From an uncultured Gammaproteobacteria bacterium (GTDB lineage: Bacteria > Pseudomonadota > Gammaproteobacteria > CAWCPV01), in assembly GCA_963797555.1 (NCBI GenBank), contig CAWCPV010000004.1, positions 128,001 to 192,000 of the forward strand: a stretch of DNA of 64,000 nt, written 5' to 3'. The translations under genes were made by a program, and so were the position numbers. The first letter of the stretch is position 1, and each line of letters starts with the position of its first letter. Of the stretch, positions 34,073-44,505 are shown one piece after another. Under the pieces are notes generated by a model. The model was not told the DNA's origin. It saw nothing but the letters and a program-made list of their open reading frames with translations, and made no database searches.

Positions 34073-34898
34073 TCCGTACCTGCCCTACGAAGCGGAGGTG
34101 GTGGATCGAGTGCAGGAATCCGCCTCGGCGTTCACCTTGCGCCTGCGTTTCACCGATCCCGAGGTTCACAACGCTTACCGCTTCCAGCCCGGGCAATTCA
34201 ACATGCTGTATCTGTATGGGGTGGGTGAGGTGCCCATCTCCATCGTGTCGGATCCCGAGGACGAGCAGATCCTCGATCACACCATCCGCGCCCTGGGGCG
34301 GGTCACCAATGGACTGAGCGGCCTGCGTGTCGGCGACCACCTCGGAGTCCGCGGCCCATTCGGGCGGGGCTGGCCGTTGGAGGAGTCCGAGGGCCGCGAC
34401 GTTGTGGTGGTCACCGGGGGGCTGGGATGTGCCCCGGTAGTGTCGGTGATCAACTACCTGGTGAAGCGGCGCCAGCGGTTCGGAGCGCTCACCATCCTGC
34501 AAGGCGTCAAGCACACCGCCGACATGATCTGGAGGGAGCGATACGAGCGGTGGGCGCGGCTGCCTCGCACCCAGGTGCTGCTGGCCGCCGACGTGGGCGG
34601 TCCCGGGTGGTCGTGGCACGTGGGGCCGGTGACCGTGCTGTTCGACCGGATGGATCAGAGCCCGGCCCACAGCATCGTCATGATGTGCGGCCCCGAGGCC
34701 ATGATGCGCGCCGCCTCTCAGGATCTCATCCGGCGCGGAGTCTCCGAAGAAGCGCTTTGGCTGACTCTGGAGCGCAACATGCAATGCGGTGTGGGTCACT
34801 GTGGTCACTGCCAGATCGGCGGCCACTTCGTGTGCAAGGACGGCCCGGTGTTCCATTACCCCGAGATCAAGCCGCTGTTCGGTGTGCGAGGGTTCTGA
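34065..34898 (+). CDS. hydG: Group 3b hydrogenase gamma subunit (FAD/NAD(P)-binding)
   Basis: FQPGQFNMLY, RGPFGRGWP, GGLGCAP, ERNMQCGVGHCGHC, CKDGPVF. Confidence 0.88.
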   Translation: MANPYLPYEAEVVDRVQESASAFTLRLRFTDPEVHNAYRFQPGQFNMLYLYGVGEVPISIVSDPEDEQILDHTIRALGRVTNGLSGLRVGDHLGVRGPFGRGWPLEESEGRDVVVVTGGLGCAPVVSVINYLVKRRQRFGALTILQGVKHTADMIWRERYERWARLPRTQVLLAADVGGPGWSWHVGPVTVLFDRMDQSPAHSIVMMCGPEAMMRAASQDLIRRGVSEEALWLTLERNMQCGVGHCGHCQIGGHFVCKDGPVFHYPEIKPLFGVRGF

Positions 34899-34899
34899 G

Positions 34900-35682
34900 A
34901 TGACCAAGCCCAAGGTGGCGGTCCACAAGTTCAGCTCTTGCGACGGCTGCCAGCTCGCCTTCCTGAACCTGGGCGAGGACCTGCTGGCGCTGACCGAGCT
35001 GGTGGACATCGTGCACTTTGCCGAGGCCGGAGCCGTCGACTCCGAGGCCGCGGTGGACATCGCCTTCGTGGAAGGCAGCATCTCCACCGCCGAGGAGCAG
35101 GAGCGCATTCAGGCGGTTAGACAGAACAGCCGCTACCTCGTGACCATAGGCGCCTGCGCCACCGCCGGAGGCCTGCAGGCGCTGCGCAACCTGGCCGATG
35201 CCCAGGACTGGGTGCGCTCGGTCTATGCCCACCCCGATCACATTCGGAGCCTGGCGACCGCCACCCCCATCGCCCGTCATGTGCGCGTCGACCTGGAGCT
35301 GTGGGGCTGTCCCGTGAACAGCCGCCAAGTGCTGGCGGCGACCCGTTCGTTGCCGTTCGGGGTGAGGCCCGTGGATGAGGCGGACAAGGTGTGCATGGAG
35401 TGCAAACGTAGCGGCGCGGTCTGCGTGCTGGTCACCCGCGGCGTACCGTGCATGGGGCCGGTCACGCGCACCGGTTGCGGTGCCCTGTGCCCGCGCTTCG
35501 GACGGGACTGTTACGCTTGCTATGGGCCCGCGGAGAACGTCAATACCCCCTCGCTCGCGCGCCGTTTCCAGGGTCTGGGCTTACCGCCCGATGCAGTCGC
35601 TCGGCGTTTCCTGTTCATCAACAATAACGCGCCGGCATTCTTGGAAGAAGGTCGGCGCTGGAGGGGGCTGGCCGATGGCTGA
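34900..35682 (+). CDS. hydD: Group 3b hydrogenase delta (small) subunit
   Basis: KFSSCDGCQ, EGS, GACATAGG, GCP, Cys-rich C-terminus. Confidence 0.88.
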   Translation: MTKPKVAVHKFSSCDGCQLAFLNLGEDLLALTELVDIVHFAEAGAVDSEAAVDIAFVEGSISTAEEQERIQAVRQNSRYLVTIGACATAGGLQALRNLADAQDWVRSVYAHPDHIRSLATATPIARHVRVDLELWGCPVNSRQVLAATRSLPFGVRPVDEADKVCMECKRSGAVCVLVTRGVPCMGPVTRTGCGALCPRFGRDCYACYGPAENVNTPSLARRFQGLGLPPDAVARRFLFINNNAPAFLEEGRRWRGLADG

Positions 35683-36985
35683 GCCAGTGGGGCGGGAGCA
35701 CGAGATGGCCATCAAGGTCCCAGTGCTCGCCCGGGTCGAGGGAGAGGGCGCGCTCGAGCTGTACATCAAGGGCGAGCGCATCGAAGACCTGAAGCTGCGC
35801 ATCTACGAACCTCCACGCCTGTTCGAGAAGTTCCTGGAGGGGCGCGATTACTTCGAGGTGGCCGACATGGTGGCCCGTATCTGCGGGATCTGCCCGGTGG
35901 CCTACCAGATGTGCGCCGTGCACGCCCTGGAATCTATCTTCGGCGTGCAGCCCGGGCACTGGGTACGCGACATGCGCCGTCTCTTTTACTGCGGCGAATG
36001 GATCGAGAGCCACGCCCTGCACATCCACTTGCTGGCAGCGCCGGATTTTCTCGGCTACGGCAGTGCGCCGCAGATGGCCCTTGACCACCCCGAGGAAGTC
36101 AAACGTGGGCTGCGGCTGCAGGGGCTGGGGAACGACATCATTCGCCTGCTAGGAGCGCGCTCGGTGCATCCCGTGGGGGCGCGGGTGGGGGGCTTTCACC
36201 GGGCGCCGTCAGAGCACCAGGTCGCAGCGCTGCTGACCCGTCTGCAGGCGGCGCTCCCCGAGGCCGAGGCGCTGGTGGCCTGGACCGCTTCGCTGCCGTT
36301 ACCGGATGACGACCAGCAGTTCGTCAGCGTGGCGCTGCGGGATCCGGACGAATACCCGCTCAACGAGGGTCGGCTGGTCTCCAGCGACGGACTGGACATC
36401 GACATTGCCGAATACCAAGAGCATTTCGATGAGCAGCACGTCCCCCACTCCACGGCGCTGCATTCGCGCTTACACGGAGGCCCCTATCTGGTGGGGCCTC
36501 TGGCGCGGCTCAACCTGAACAGGGACCGCTTGCCTGCGCCCGTGCACACGGTGTTGGAGCGCACCGGCCTGCGGTTTCCCAGCCGCAACATGTTTCACAG
36601 CATCGTCGCCCGTGCAGTAGAGACTTACTACGCCCTGCTGGAGGCCATCCGGCTGCTGGAAGCCTACGGCGTGCCCGACTCCCCTTATGTGCCGGTCCTG
36701 CCGAGGGCCGGCGTCGGATTCGGATGCACCGAAGCTCCGCGCGGCATCCTCTGGCACCGCTATGAAGTGGATGGCGCCGGCCGCGTGGTCCAGGCGCAGA
36801 TCGTACCGCCCACCAGCCAGAATCAGGCGCGCATGGAAGAGGACCTGCGCCTGTCCCTGCAGTCCTTTGGACTGGGACGCAGCGAGCAGGAGTTGCGCCT
36901 GCGGGGAGAAACGGTGATTCGCAACTACGACCCCTGTATCTCCTGCGCTACGCACTTCCTGAAGCTGCACGTGCACCGGTCGTGA
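35675..36985 (+). CDS. hydA: Group 3b [NiFe] hydrogenase alpha (large) subunit
   Basis: RVEGEG, L1 motif RICGICP and L2 motif DPCISCATH followed by a short cleavable tail. Confidence 0.93.
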   Translation: MAEPVGREHEMAIKVPVLARVEGEGALELYIKGERIEDLKLRIYEPPRLFEKFLEGRDYFEVADMVARICGICPVAYQMCAVHALESIFGVQPGHWVRDMRRLFYCGEWIESHALHIHLLAAPDFLGYGSAPQMALDHPEEVKRGLRLQGLGNDIIRLLGARSVHPVGARVGGFHRAPSEHQVAALLTRLQAALPEAEALVAWTASLPLPDDDQQFVSVALRDPDEYPLNEGRLVSSDGLDIDIAEYQEHFDEQHVPHSTALHSRLHGGPYLVGPLARLNLNRDRLPAPVHTVLERTGLRFPSRNMFHSIVARAVETYYALLEAIRLLEAYGVPDSPYVPVLPRAGVGFGCTEAPRGILWHRYEVDGAGRVVQAQIVPPTSQNQARMEEDLRLSLQSFGLGRSEQELRLRGETVIRNYDPCISCATHFLKLHVHRS

Positions 36986-37500
36986 GACCGTTACGCGTCC
37001 TCGGCATCGGCTCGCCTTTCGGAGACGATCAGGTGGGCTGGCGCGTGGCCGAGGCGCTGCTGAGGTTTCCAGTTTTCGCCGAGGGTGCGCTAGCCCGGGC
37101 ATCGGTCGCGCTTTGCGACCGCCCCGGTGCGCGGCTGCTGGCCCTAGCCGAGGGGGCCGAGCTGCTGGTCTTGGTCGACGCCGTCCAGTCGGGGGCCCGC
37201 CCGGGGACCGTGCACCGTTTGGACGGCGATGCCGTCGCGGTCGGCGACTCATTGCTGTCGGCGCACGGCTTCGGCGTGGCGTCGGCGCTGGCGCTGGGGC
37301 GCGCCCTCGGTGTGCTGTCGGGTCGGGTGGTGCTGTACGGTGTGGAGATCGGCGTAGACTCGCTGCTCCTGGACGCTCCGCTGACCCCCGTGGTGGAGCA
37401 GGCCGTGCCCCGCGCTGCGGAACGGATAGCTTTCGAGCTTTGCACCTATCTCGGAGCTCCTGCCCCGGACCGGCGCGTCTACGGAGCCTGCCTGCAGTGA
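36982..37500 (+). CDS. Hydrogenase maturation protease
   Basis: GIGSPFGDDQVG, VDAV, SAHGFG; overlaps the large-subunit stop. Confidence 0.88.
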   Translation: MRPLRVLGIGSPFGDDQVGWRVAEALLRFPVFAEGALARASVALCDRPGARLLALAEGAELLVLVDAVQSGARPGTVHRLDGDAVAVGDSLLSAHGFGVASALALGRALGVLSGRVVLYGVEIGVDSLLLDAPLTPVVEQAVPRAAERIAFELCTYLGAPAPDRRVYGACLQ

Positions 37501-37511
37501 AGGCCGAGTGA

Positions 37512-38174
37512 TTAGGCCGCTGCCTCGCGCAGCAGTCGTTCTACCTCGCGCAGCAGGGCGCGCCGCTGCCACAGGAGCTTCAGCCGGGACCCGCCGTGCT
37601 GGCGCCACAGGATGGCCGAGCGCAGTCCGGCCAAGAGCAAGGCTCGCACCCGGTTTACGTTCTCCGGCTTGGACAGGTGGCCGTGGGAACCATACACCAT
37701 GATGCGCGGTCGCAGGGTGCCGGCGGTCTCGCTGTAAATGCCCGCCAGGCTCGCCGCCACGCTTGGATGGCTGGTGGAGAAATAGCGGGCCTGGGCCTCT
37801 GCGTGATCCAGGCGCTGGCGGATGAGATCCAGAAGGTCGCGTCGCCGCCACAGGCGGCGCTCGTGGTTGAGGATGGCGACCGCGTAGCGCGTCAGATGGA
37901 TGTCCCGCGGCTGGCCGTGCGGGGCGAGCTGGCGCTGCAACGCCCGAAGCCCCAGGGCGACGCCCCCCGAGCTGCCGTATATCGCCGCGGTGCTCTCGGG
38001 ACTGCGCACGAAGACGCTGTGGAGGCTCGCCGCGAACGCCGCGTCCTCGGCCGTCCCCTCGCGTGCCAACTGCTGGATCAGGCGGGCCGCTTGGAAGACG
38101 CCGCCCAGGGCCAGTGCTTGGTCACGCAGAGACCCGCCTTCCTCGGAAGGTGCGTGCGATGACCCCTCCACCAA
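37512..38174 (-). CDS. hflD: High frequency lysogenization protein HflD (start uncertain)
   Basis: ALALGGVFQAA, RPRIMVYG, RALLLAGLRSAILWRQ; downstream of mnmA. Confidence 0.9.
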   Translation of the reverse strand: MVEGSSHAPSEEGGSLRDQALALGGVFQAARLIQQLAREGTAEDAAFAASLHSVFVRSPESTAAIYGSSGGVALGLRALQRQLAPHGQPRDIHLTRYAVAILNHERRLWRRRDLLDLIRQRLDHAEAQARYFSTSHPSVAASLAGIYSETAGTLRPRIMVYGSHGHLSKPENVNRVRALLLAGLRSAILWRQHGGSRLKLLWQRRALLREVERLLREAAA

Positions 38175-39264
38175 TGCATTCCTCGCCGAGATAGAAGACC
38201 ACCGACTGCCCGGGCGTGACGGCCCGCTGTGGTTCGGTGAAGCTCACCCGGCAGCGGTCTGCCTGGACCCAGGAGATGCTGCAGGGCTGGTCGGGCTGGC
38301 GGTAACGGGTCTTTGCGGTGCAGCTCAGGGGCGCCGGCGGCCTTCGTCCGCTGACCCAGTTGAGCTGTTCGGCTTCAAGGGCAACGCTGTAGAGCAGCGG
38401 ATGATCGGCTTCCTGGGCGACCACCAGGGTGTTGCTCGCGATGTCCTTGTCCACGACGTACCACGGTCGCCCGTTGGCGCCGCGCCGACCTCCGATGCCG
38501 AGACCTTCCCGCTGACCCAAGGTGTAGAACATGGCCCCCTGGTGAGACCCTACCCGCGTGCCGTCCACCGCCCGCGTCTCGCCCGGCTGCTCGGGGAGGT
38601 ACCGCGCCAAGAACTCGCGGAAGTTGCGCTCCCCGATGAAGCAGATGCCCGTGCTGCCCTTTTTGGCGTAATTCCTCAGGCCGGCGGCCCGCGCTATCTG
38701 CCGGACCTCGCTCTTGCACAGCTCGCCCAGAGGGAACAGCACCCGCGCCAACTGCGCCTGGCCCAGCGCGTACAGGAAATAGCTCTGGTCCTTAGTGCCG
38801 TCCCTGCCCTTGAGCAGACGCAGCCGTTCCCCCTGCCGGTGTAGCCGTGCGTAGTGACCCGTGGCGACGAAGTCCGCCCCCTGGGACACGGCGTGCTCCA
38901 AGAGTTCGCCGAATTTGATCTCGCGGTTGCAGAGGATGTCCGGGTTCGGCGTGCGGCCCGCCCGGTGCTCTTCCAGGAAGTGGCAAAACACGCGGGTGCG
39001 GTATGCCTGGGCGAAGCTGATACGCTGCAGCGGCATCTCCAACGTCTCGCACACCGCACGGGCGTCCTTGAGATCCTGGGCGGCGGCGCAGATGCCATCC
39101 ACATCGTCGTCCTCCCAGTTCTTCATGAACAGCCCCCGGGTGTCGTGGCCGGCTCGGCGGAGCAGCAGGGCTGCGACTGCGGAGTCGACTCCCCCGGACA
39201 GTCCGATCACGACCTTGGTGCGCTGCGCGGAGGGCGCCGGCTGCACACGCACGGCCTCAGTCAC
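38122..39264 (-). CDS. mnmA: tRNA 2-thiouridine(34) synthase MnmA
   Basis: GLSGGVDS, TPNPDILCNREIKF, ATGHY, KDQSYFL, GICFIG, AVTPGQS. Confidence 0.96.
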   Translation of the reverse strand: MTEAVRVQPAPSAQRTKVVIGLSGGVDSAVAALLLRRAGHDTRGLFMKNWEDDDVDGICAAAQDLKDARAVCETLEMPLQRISFAQAYRTRVFCHFLEEHRAGRTPNPDILCNREIKFGELLEHAVSQGADFVATGHYARLHRQGERLRLLKGRDGTKDQSYFLYALGQAQLARVLFPLGELCKSEVRQIARAAGLRNYAKKGSTGICFIGERNFREFLARYLPEQPGETRAVDGTRVGSHQGAMFYTLGQREGLGIGGRRGANGRPWYVVDKDIASNTLVVAQEADHPLLYSVALEAEQLNWVSGRRPPAPLSCTAKTRYRQPDQPCSISWVQADRCRVSFTEPQRAVTPGQSVVFYLGEECIGGGVIARTFRGRRVSA

Positions 39265-39716
39265 GCCGGGGACGACCCCAGATGGATGAGCATGGACAGG
39301 GGGTAGCGTCGTCCAGCCAAGTAATCGTCGACGGCCCTCAAGACCATCGGGCTGCGCAGCTCGCGCGATCGGGCGAGCATCTCGGTGCGGCTCAGCCAAA
39401 GCACCTGCCGCACGCCAGCATCCAGGGGGCGGTCCTCCCGAGCCACGCAGTGCCCACAGAAGGCCACCCGAAAATAGGTGATTCCGCTCCCGGGATGGGT
39501 CCAGAGGTAGAAGCCGGTAACGGCTTCCGGCGCGAAGCGCCACGCAGTCTCCTCGAGCGCTTCGCGCTGCACCGCCTGCAGCAGTGTCTCGCCCGCGTCC
39601 AGGTGCCCCGCCGGCTGATTCAGCACCGTGTCACCGCCGATCTCCTCCTCGACGATGAGGAACCGGCCGTCGCGCTCCGCGATGGCGGCCACGGTGATAT
39701 GGGGTGTCCAGATCAT
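39261..39716 (-). CDS. nudJ: NUDIX hydrolase NudJ
   Basis: PHITVA, NQPAGHL...REALEET Nudix box; between rluE and mnmA. Confidence 0.88.
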   Translation of the reverse strand: MIWTPHITVAAIAERDGRFLIVEEEIGGDTVLNQPAGHLDAGETLLQAVQREALEETAWRFAPEAVTGFYLWTHPGSGITYFRVAFCGHCVAREDRPLDAGVRQVLWLSRTEMLARSRELRSPMVLRAVDDYLAGRRYPLSMLIHLGSSPA

Positions 39717-40284
39717 CGCTAGACTTTATCACATCGGCCGCGTCGGCCCCCAGGACGCGCCATTGCCCCGGCGCGAGGCCGTTGAGCGTCCAGGGACCAA
39801 CCCGCCAGCGTATCAGGCGCAGCGTCGGGTGACCCACGGCTGCGGTCATCCGCCGGACTTGGCGGTTGCGTCCCTCGCTCAGCGTGATCTCGATCCAGGC
39901 CGTTGGAATGGCGCCGCGGAACCGGACCGGTGGGTTCCTTGGCCATAGTGTGGGCGGTTGGACAGGGCGTGCACGTGCGGGTGCCGTGCGGCCGTCCCGC
40001 AGCTCGATGCCCGTTTCCAGGCATCTCACCGCGCTGCGCCCGGGTACACCCTCTACTTGCACCCAGTAGCTCTTCGCGAGCTTCGCGCAAGGGTCGCAGA
40101 TACGCCGCTGCAGCCGCCCGTCGTCGGTGAGGACGAGCAGTCCCTCGCTGTCCGCGTCGAGGCGGCCGGCGGCGTAAACGCCCGGCACCGGGATATACTG
40201 AGCCAGCGTGGGTCGGCCCTCCTTGCCCGTGAACTGGCTGAGCACGCCGTAAGGCTTGTTGAACAGGAGGATCTTCCCCAGCAC
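39631..40284 (-). CDS. rluE: 23S rRNA pseudouridine synthase RluE-like
   Basis: [34 protein letters not shown]; divergent from icd. Confidence 0.88.
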   Translation of the reverse strand: MLGKILLFNKPYGVLSQFTGKEGRPTLAQYIPVPGVYAAGRLDADSEGLLVLTDDGRLQRRICDPCAKLAKSYWVQVEGVPGRSAVRCLETGIELRDGRTAPARARPVQPPTLWPRNPPVRFRGAIPTAWIEITLSEGRNRQVRRMTAAVGHPTLRLIRWRVGPWTLNGLAPGQWRVLGADAADVIKSSDDLDTPYHRGRHRGARRPVPHRRGGDRR

Positions 40285-40327
40285 CTGCGGTATCCTAGGG
40301 GCGTCTCGCCTGTGAGTGAAGACTTCC

Positions 40328-41587
40328 ATGCACTTTGACAAGATCGCTGTTCCCGTCGAAGGTTCCCGGGTCACGGTGAATCGCGACAATTCGCTCAACG
40401 TTCCGGCGCGTCCCATTATCCCGGTCATCGAAGGCGACGGGACCGGAGTGGACATCACACCGGTGATGCGCCGGGTGGTAGATGCGGCGGTGGAGCGGGC
40501 CTACCGGGGGGGGCGCGCGATCGCCTGGATGGAGATCTTCGCCGGGGAGAAGGCCAACCGCGTCTACGGGGGCGACGTGTGGTTGCCGGAGGAGACGCTC
40601 GCCGCCATCCGCGAGTTCGCCGTCGCCATCAAGGGGCCGCTGACCACGCCGGTAGGCGGGGGCCTGCGGTCGCTCAACGTCACTCTGCGCCAACTGTTGG
40701 ACCTGTATGTGTGTCTCAGGCCCGTGCGCTATTTTCCCGGGGTGCCAAGCCCCCTGAAGAGTCCGGAGAAGACCAATATGGTCATCTTCCGCGAGAACTC
40801 GGAGGACATCTACGCGGGCATCGAGTGGCCGGCTGAGTCCGCCGACGTCGCGCGGGTCATCGAGTTCCTCCAGGGGGTGATGGGCGTCACTAAGATCCGT
40901 TTTCCCGCGACCTCCGCCATCGGCATCAAACCGGTCTCCCGGGAAGGGAGCCAGCGCCTGATCCGCAGGGCCATCCGATATACCATCGACCAGGACCGCT
41001 CCTCCGTGACGCTGGTGCACAAGGGAAACATCATGAAGTTCACCGAGGGAGGGTTCAAGGGCTGGGGCTATGATCTCGCCAGGGAGGAGTTCGCGGCCGA
41101 GGATCTGGACGGGGGGCCATGGTGTCATCTGAAGAACCCACGGACAGGACGCGACATCGTGATCAAGGACGTGATCGCCGACGCCTTCTTGCAGCAAATC
41201 CTCCTGCGCCCCGAGGACTACAGCGTCATCGCGACGCTCAACCTGAACGGCGACTATATCTCCGACGCCCTCGCCGCGCAGGTGGGTGGAATCGGTATGG
41301 CGCCCGGCGCGAACCTCTCGGATCAGGTCGCGGTGTTCGAGGCCACCCACGGCACGGCGCCCAAGTATGCTGGTCAGGATAAGGTGAATCCGGGCTCCCT
41401 CATCCTGTCGGCCGAGATGATGCTCCGCCACCTGGGGTGGGACGAGTCGGCGGACCTGATCATCACGGGCCTTGGGGGGGCCATCGCCGCGAAGACGGTG
41501 ACCTATGACCTGGCGCGACTCATGCCAGGCGCGCGGGAAGTGAGCTGCTCCGGATTCGGCCAAGCGGTGATCGAGCACATGGGATAG
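40328..41587 (+). CDS. icd: NADP-dependent isocitrate dehydrogenase
   Basis: [48 protein letters not shown]. Confidence 0.96.
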   Translation: MHFDKIAVPVEGSRVTVNRDNSLNVPARPIIPVIEGDGTGVDITPVMRRVVDAAVERAYRGGRAIAWMEIFAGEKANRVYGGDVWLPEETLAAIREFAVAIKGPLTTPVGGGLRSLNVTLRQLLDLYVCLRPVRYFPGVPSPLKSPEKTNMVIFRENSEDIYAGIEWPAESADVARVIEFLQGVMGVTKIRFPATSAIGIKPVSREGSQRLIRRAIRYTIDQDRSSVTLVHKGNIMKFTEGGFKGWGYDLAREEFAAEDLDGGPWCHLKNPRTGRDIVIKDVIADAFLQQILLRPEDYSVIATLNLNGDYISDALAAQVGGIGMAPGANLSDQVAVFEATHGTAPKYAGQDKVNPGSLILSAEMMLRHLGWDESADLIITGLGGAIAAKTVTYDLARLMPGAREVSCSGFGQAVIEHMG

Positions 41588-41639
41588 GCCGTGGCCCTTG
41601 CACTTTGGGCTCTTCATGCGTCTGTTATAATTAGGGCCG

Positions 41640-41960
41640 ATGAGCGAGGGTGCGAAGCGGCAGCACGACGAAGGAGTAGTTGTCCAGGAGGCGAAGCCGG
41701 AGGTCAAGCCGCCGCCTCTGTACAAGGTCATCCTTGTGAACGACGACTACACGCCCATGGAATTCGTCGTGTATGTCCTCGAGCGCTTCTTCTCGATGGG
41801 GCGGGAGAAGGCTACACAGATCATGCTCCACGTCCACACCCGGGGCATGGGGGTATGCGGCGTGTACACCAGGGAGATCGCCGAGACCAAGGTCGCCCAG
41901 GTCAACGAGTTTTCCCGGCAGCAGCAGCATCCCCTGCTGTGTACCATGGAGGAGGCCTGA
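41640..41960 (+). CDS. clpS: Clp protease adaptor ClpS
   Basis: [24 protein letters not shown]. Confidence 0.96.
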   Translation: MSEGAKRQHDEGVVVQEAKPEVKPPPLYKVILVNDDYTPMEFVVYVLERFFSMGREKATQIMLHVHTRGMGVCGVYTREIAETKVAQVNEFSRQQQHPLLCTMEEA

Positions 41961-42065
41961 TCTCGGGCAGGACGCCCGAAGGGACTGGGGTTGGCAGTAT
42001 CGGGGATCGCCAGGGGATAGCGCCCCGCTGCGGGCAGCGGGTTCACTGCAGATGAGGTTCCCACC

Positions 42066-44333
42066 ATGCTGAGCAAGGAGCTGGAGTACACCCTCAACAT
42101 CTCTTTCAAGAGGGCGCGGGAGAAACGGCACGAATTCATGACCGTGGAGCACCTGCTGCTCGCATTGACCGAGAACCCCGTGGCCGCGAGGGTGCTGCGC
42201 GCCTGCAGCGCCGATCTGGACAAGCTGAGGAAGGATCTCGCCAGCTTCCTGGAGCAGACCACCCCCTTGCTGGCCCCCAACGACGACCGTGAGACACAGC
42301 CGACACTCGCCTTCCAACGGGTGCTGCAGCGGGCCGTCCTACACGTGCAGTCCTCGGGAAAGAAGGAGGTTACCGGCGCCAATGTGCTGGTCGCCATTTT
42401 CGGAGAGCAGGATTCGCAGGCGGTCTACTTCCTCAGCAAACAGAACATTACCCGCCTGGATGTGGTGAACTACATCTCCCATGGCATCTCTAAGGTCCAC
42501 GGCGAGGAAGAGGGCCAGGGTTCGCCCTCACCGGCGGACGACGAGACCGCGGAGCCTGCCGGCAAGAGCGCCCTGGAGATGTACGCAACGAACCTTAACC
42601 AGTTGGCGCGGCAGGGCAAGATCGACCCGCTCATTGGACGCCGGGACGAGATCCAGCGCACCATCCAGATTCTGTGTCGCCGGCGCAAGAACAACCCCCT
42701 GTTCGTGGGGGAGGCCGGAGTCGGGAAGACGGCACTGGCCGAGGGGCTCGCCAAGATGATCGTGGATGGCGAGGTCCCGGAGGTGCTTGCCCACAGCACG
42801 ATCCATGCCTTGGACCTGGGTGCCCTCTTGGCCGGCACCAAGTATCGCGGCGACTTCGAGAAACGCCTGAAGGCGGTGCTGGCCCAGCTCAAGAAGGACG
42901 TGGGCGCGATTCTGTTCATCGACGAGATCCACACGATTATCGGCGCAGGTGCCGCCTCGGGCGGGGTGATGGACGCCTCCAACCTCATCAAGCCCATGCT
43001 GGCCTCCGGCGACCTCAAGTGCATCGGTTCCACGACCTACCAGGAGTATCGCGGCATCTTCGAGAAAGATCGCGCTCTGGCACGGCGCTTCCAGAAGATC
43101 GACATCTCCGAGCCCTCGGTGGAGGAGACCATCCAGATCCTGCAGGGCCTCAAGCCCCGCTTCGAGGAGCACCACAGCGTGCGGTACACGCGTCAGGCAT
43201 TGCGTACCGCTGCGGAGCTGGCCGACCGCTACATCACCGACCGACACCTACCCGATAAGGCCATCGACGTGATCGACGAGGTCGGCGCGCAGCAGCGCTT
43301 GCTGCCGCCCTCGAAACGCAAGAAGACGATCGGCGTCCCTGACGTGGAGAACATCATCGCAAAGATGGCGCGCATCCCCCCGAAGAGCGTGTCCACCTCG
43401 GACAAGGAGGTGCTGCGCAATCTGGAGCGCGACCTCAAGATGGTAATCTTCGGCCAAGACGAGGCCATCGAGGCGTTGGGATCGGCCATCAAGATGGCGC
43501 GTGCCGGCCTGGGGAACCTGCAGAAGCCGATCGGCTGTTTTCTGTTCGCCGGTCCCACCGGCGTGGGAAAGACCGAGGTGACGCGGCAGCTTGCCCATGT
43601 GATGGGTATCGAGCTGATCCGCTTCGACATGTCCGAGTACATGGAGCGCCACACTGTGTCACGCCTCATCGGGGCGCCGCCGGGCTACGTGGGCTTCGAC
43701 CAGGGCGGGCTGTTGACCGATGCCATCATCAAGCATCCCCACGCGGTGCTGCTGCTGGATGAGATCGAGAAGGCGCACCCCGATGTCTTCAACCTGCTGC
43801 TGCAGGTGATGGACCATGGCACGTTGACGGACAACAACGGCCGCAAGGCGGACTTCCGCAACGTGATCCTCGTCATGACCACCAATGCGGGAGCGGAGCA
43901 GATGAGCCGGGCCAGCATTGGCTTCACCTCCCAAGACCATGCCGCCGACAGCGGCGAGGTTATCAAACGCACCTTTAGCCCGGAGTTCCGCAACCGTCTC
44001 GATGCCACCATCCAGTTCAAGGCGCTCGACCCGGTCACCATCGGCCGCGTCGTGGATAAGTTCCTTATCGAGCTGGAGGCCCAGCTACAGGAGAAGAACG
44101 TGACGCTGGAGGTGGACGAAAGGGCGCGCCAGTGGCTGGCGGAGCACGGATACGACCCCAAGATGGGGGCGCGTCCGATGGGTCGGCTGATCCAAGAGCA
44201 CATCAAGCGCCCCATGGCCGAAGAGCTTCTGTTCGGGAGGCTCGCCGCAGGCGGCCACGTGCTTATCAGGGAGGAGGGCGGGCAGTTGCGGCTGGAGTTC
44301 GAGGGCAGCGAGGCCGCGGTGTCCCTCGGTTAG
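42066..44333 (+). CDS. clpA: ATP-dependent Clp protease ATP-binding subunit ClpA
   Basis: Two AAA+ modules (GEAGVGKT, GPTGVGKT), no ClpB middle domain; follows clpS. Confidence 0.96.
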   Translation: MLSKELEYTLNISFKRAREKRHEFMTVEHLLLALTENPVAARVLRACSADLDKLRKDLASFLEQTTPLLAPNDDRETQPTLAFQRVLQRAVLHVQSSGKKEVTGANVLVAIFGEQDSQAVYFLSKQNITRLDVVNYISHGISKVHGEEEGQGSPSPADDETAEPAGKSALEMYATNLNQLARQGKIDPLIGRRDEIQRTIQILCRRRKNNPLFVGEAGVGKTALAEGLAKMIVDGEVPEVLAHSTIHALDLGALLAGTKYRGDFEKRLKAVLAQLKKDVGAILFIDEIHTIIGAGAASGGVMDASNLIKPMLASGDLKCIGSTTYQEYRGIFEKDRALARRFQKIDISEPSVEETIQILQGLKPRFEEHHSVRYTRQALRTAAELADRYITDRHLPDKAIDVIDEVGAQQRLLPPSKRKKTIGVPDVENIIAKMARIPPKSVSTSDKEVLRNLERDLKMVIFGQDEAIEALGSAIKMARAGLGNLQKPIGCFLFAGPTGVGKTEVTRQLAHVMGIELIRFDMSEYMERHTVSRLIGAPPGYVGFDQGGLLTDAIIKHPHAVLLLDEIEKAHPDVFNLLLQVMDHGTLTDNNGRKADFRNVILVMTTNAGAEQMSRASIGFTSQDHAADSGEVIKRTFSPEFRNRLDATIQFKALDPVTIGRVVDKFLIELEAQLQEKNVTLEVDERARQWLAEHGYDPKMGARPMGRLIQEHIKRPMAEELLFGRLAAGGHVLIREEGGQLRLEFEGSEAAVSLG

Positions 44334-44366
44334 GCCGCCGGGGTCACCGAACCGCAGGCATCACTG

Positions 44367-44498
44367 CCAGCTTGGGAATAAGGCCGCTGCGCGTCACGAT
44401 AGCGCGTTGCGCGCTCGCCGCGTATTTACGTGATAGATTGCGTCGCTGCTTCCTGCGACTTCCTCTCGGGCCGCCCGCAACGATTTTTTCCAAGCCCT
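44367..44498 (+). repeat. Degenerate copy of the MITE-like element at 53231-53371
   Basis: Colinear similarity: agcttgggaataa...gctgcgcgtcacgatagc...cgtcgctgc...cgattttttccaagccct. Confidence 0.7.
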
Positions 44499-44505
44499 GA
44501 GTCGT

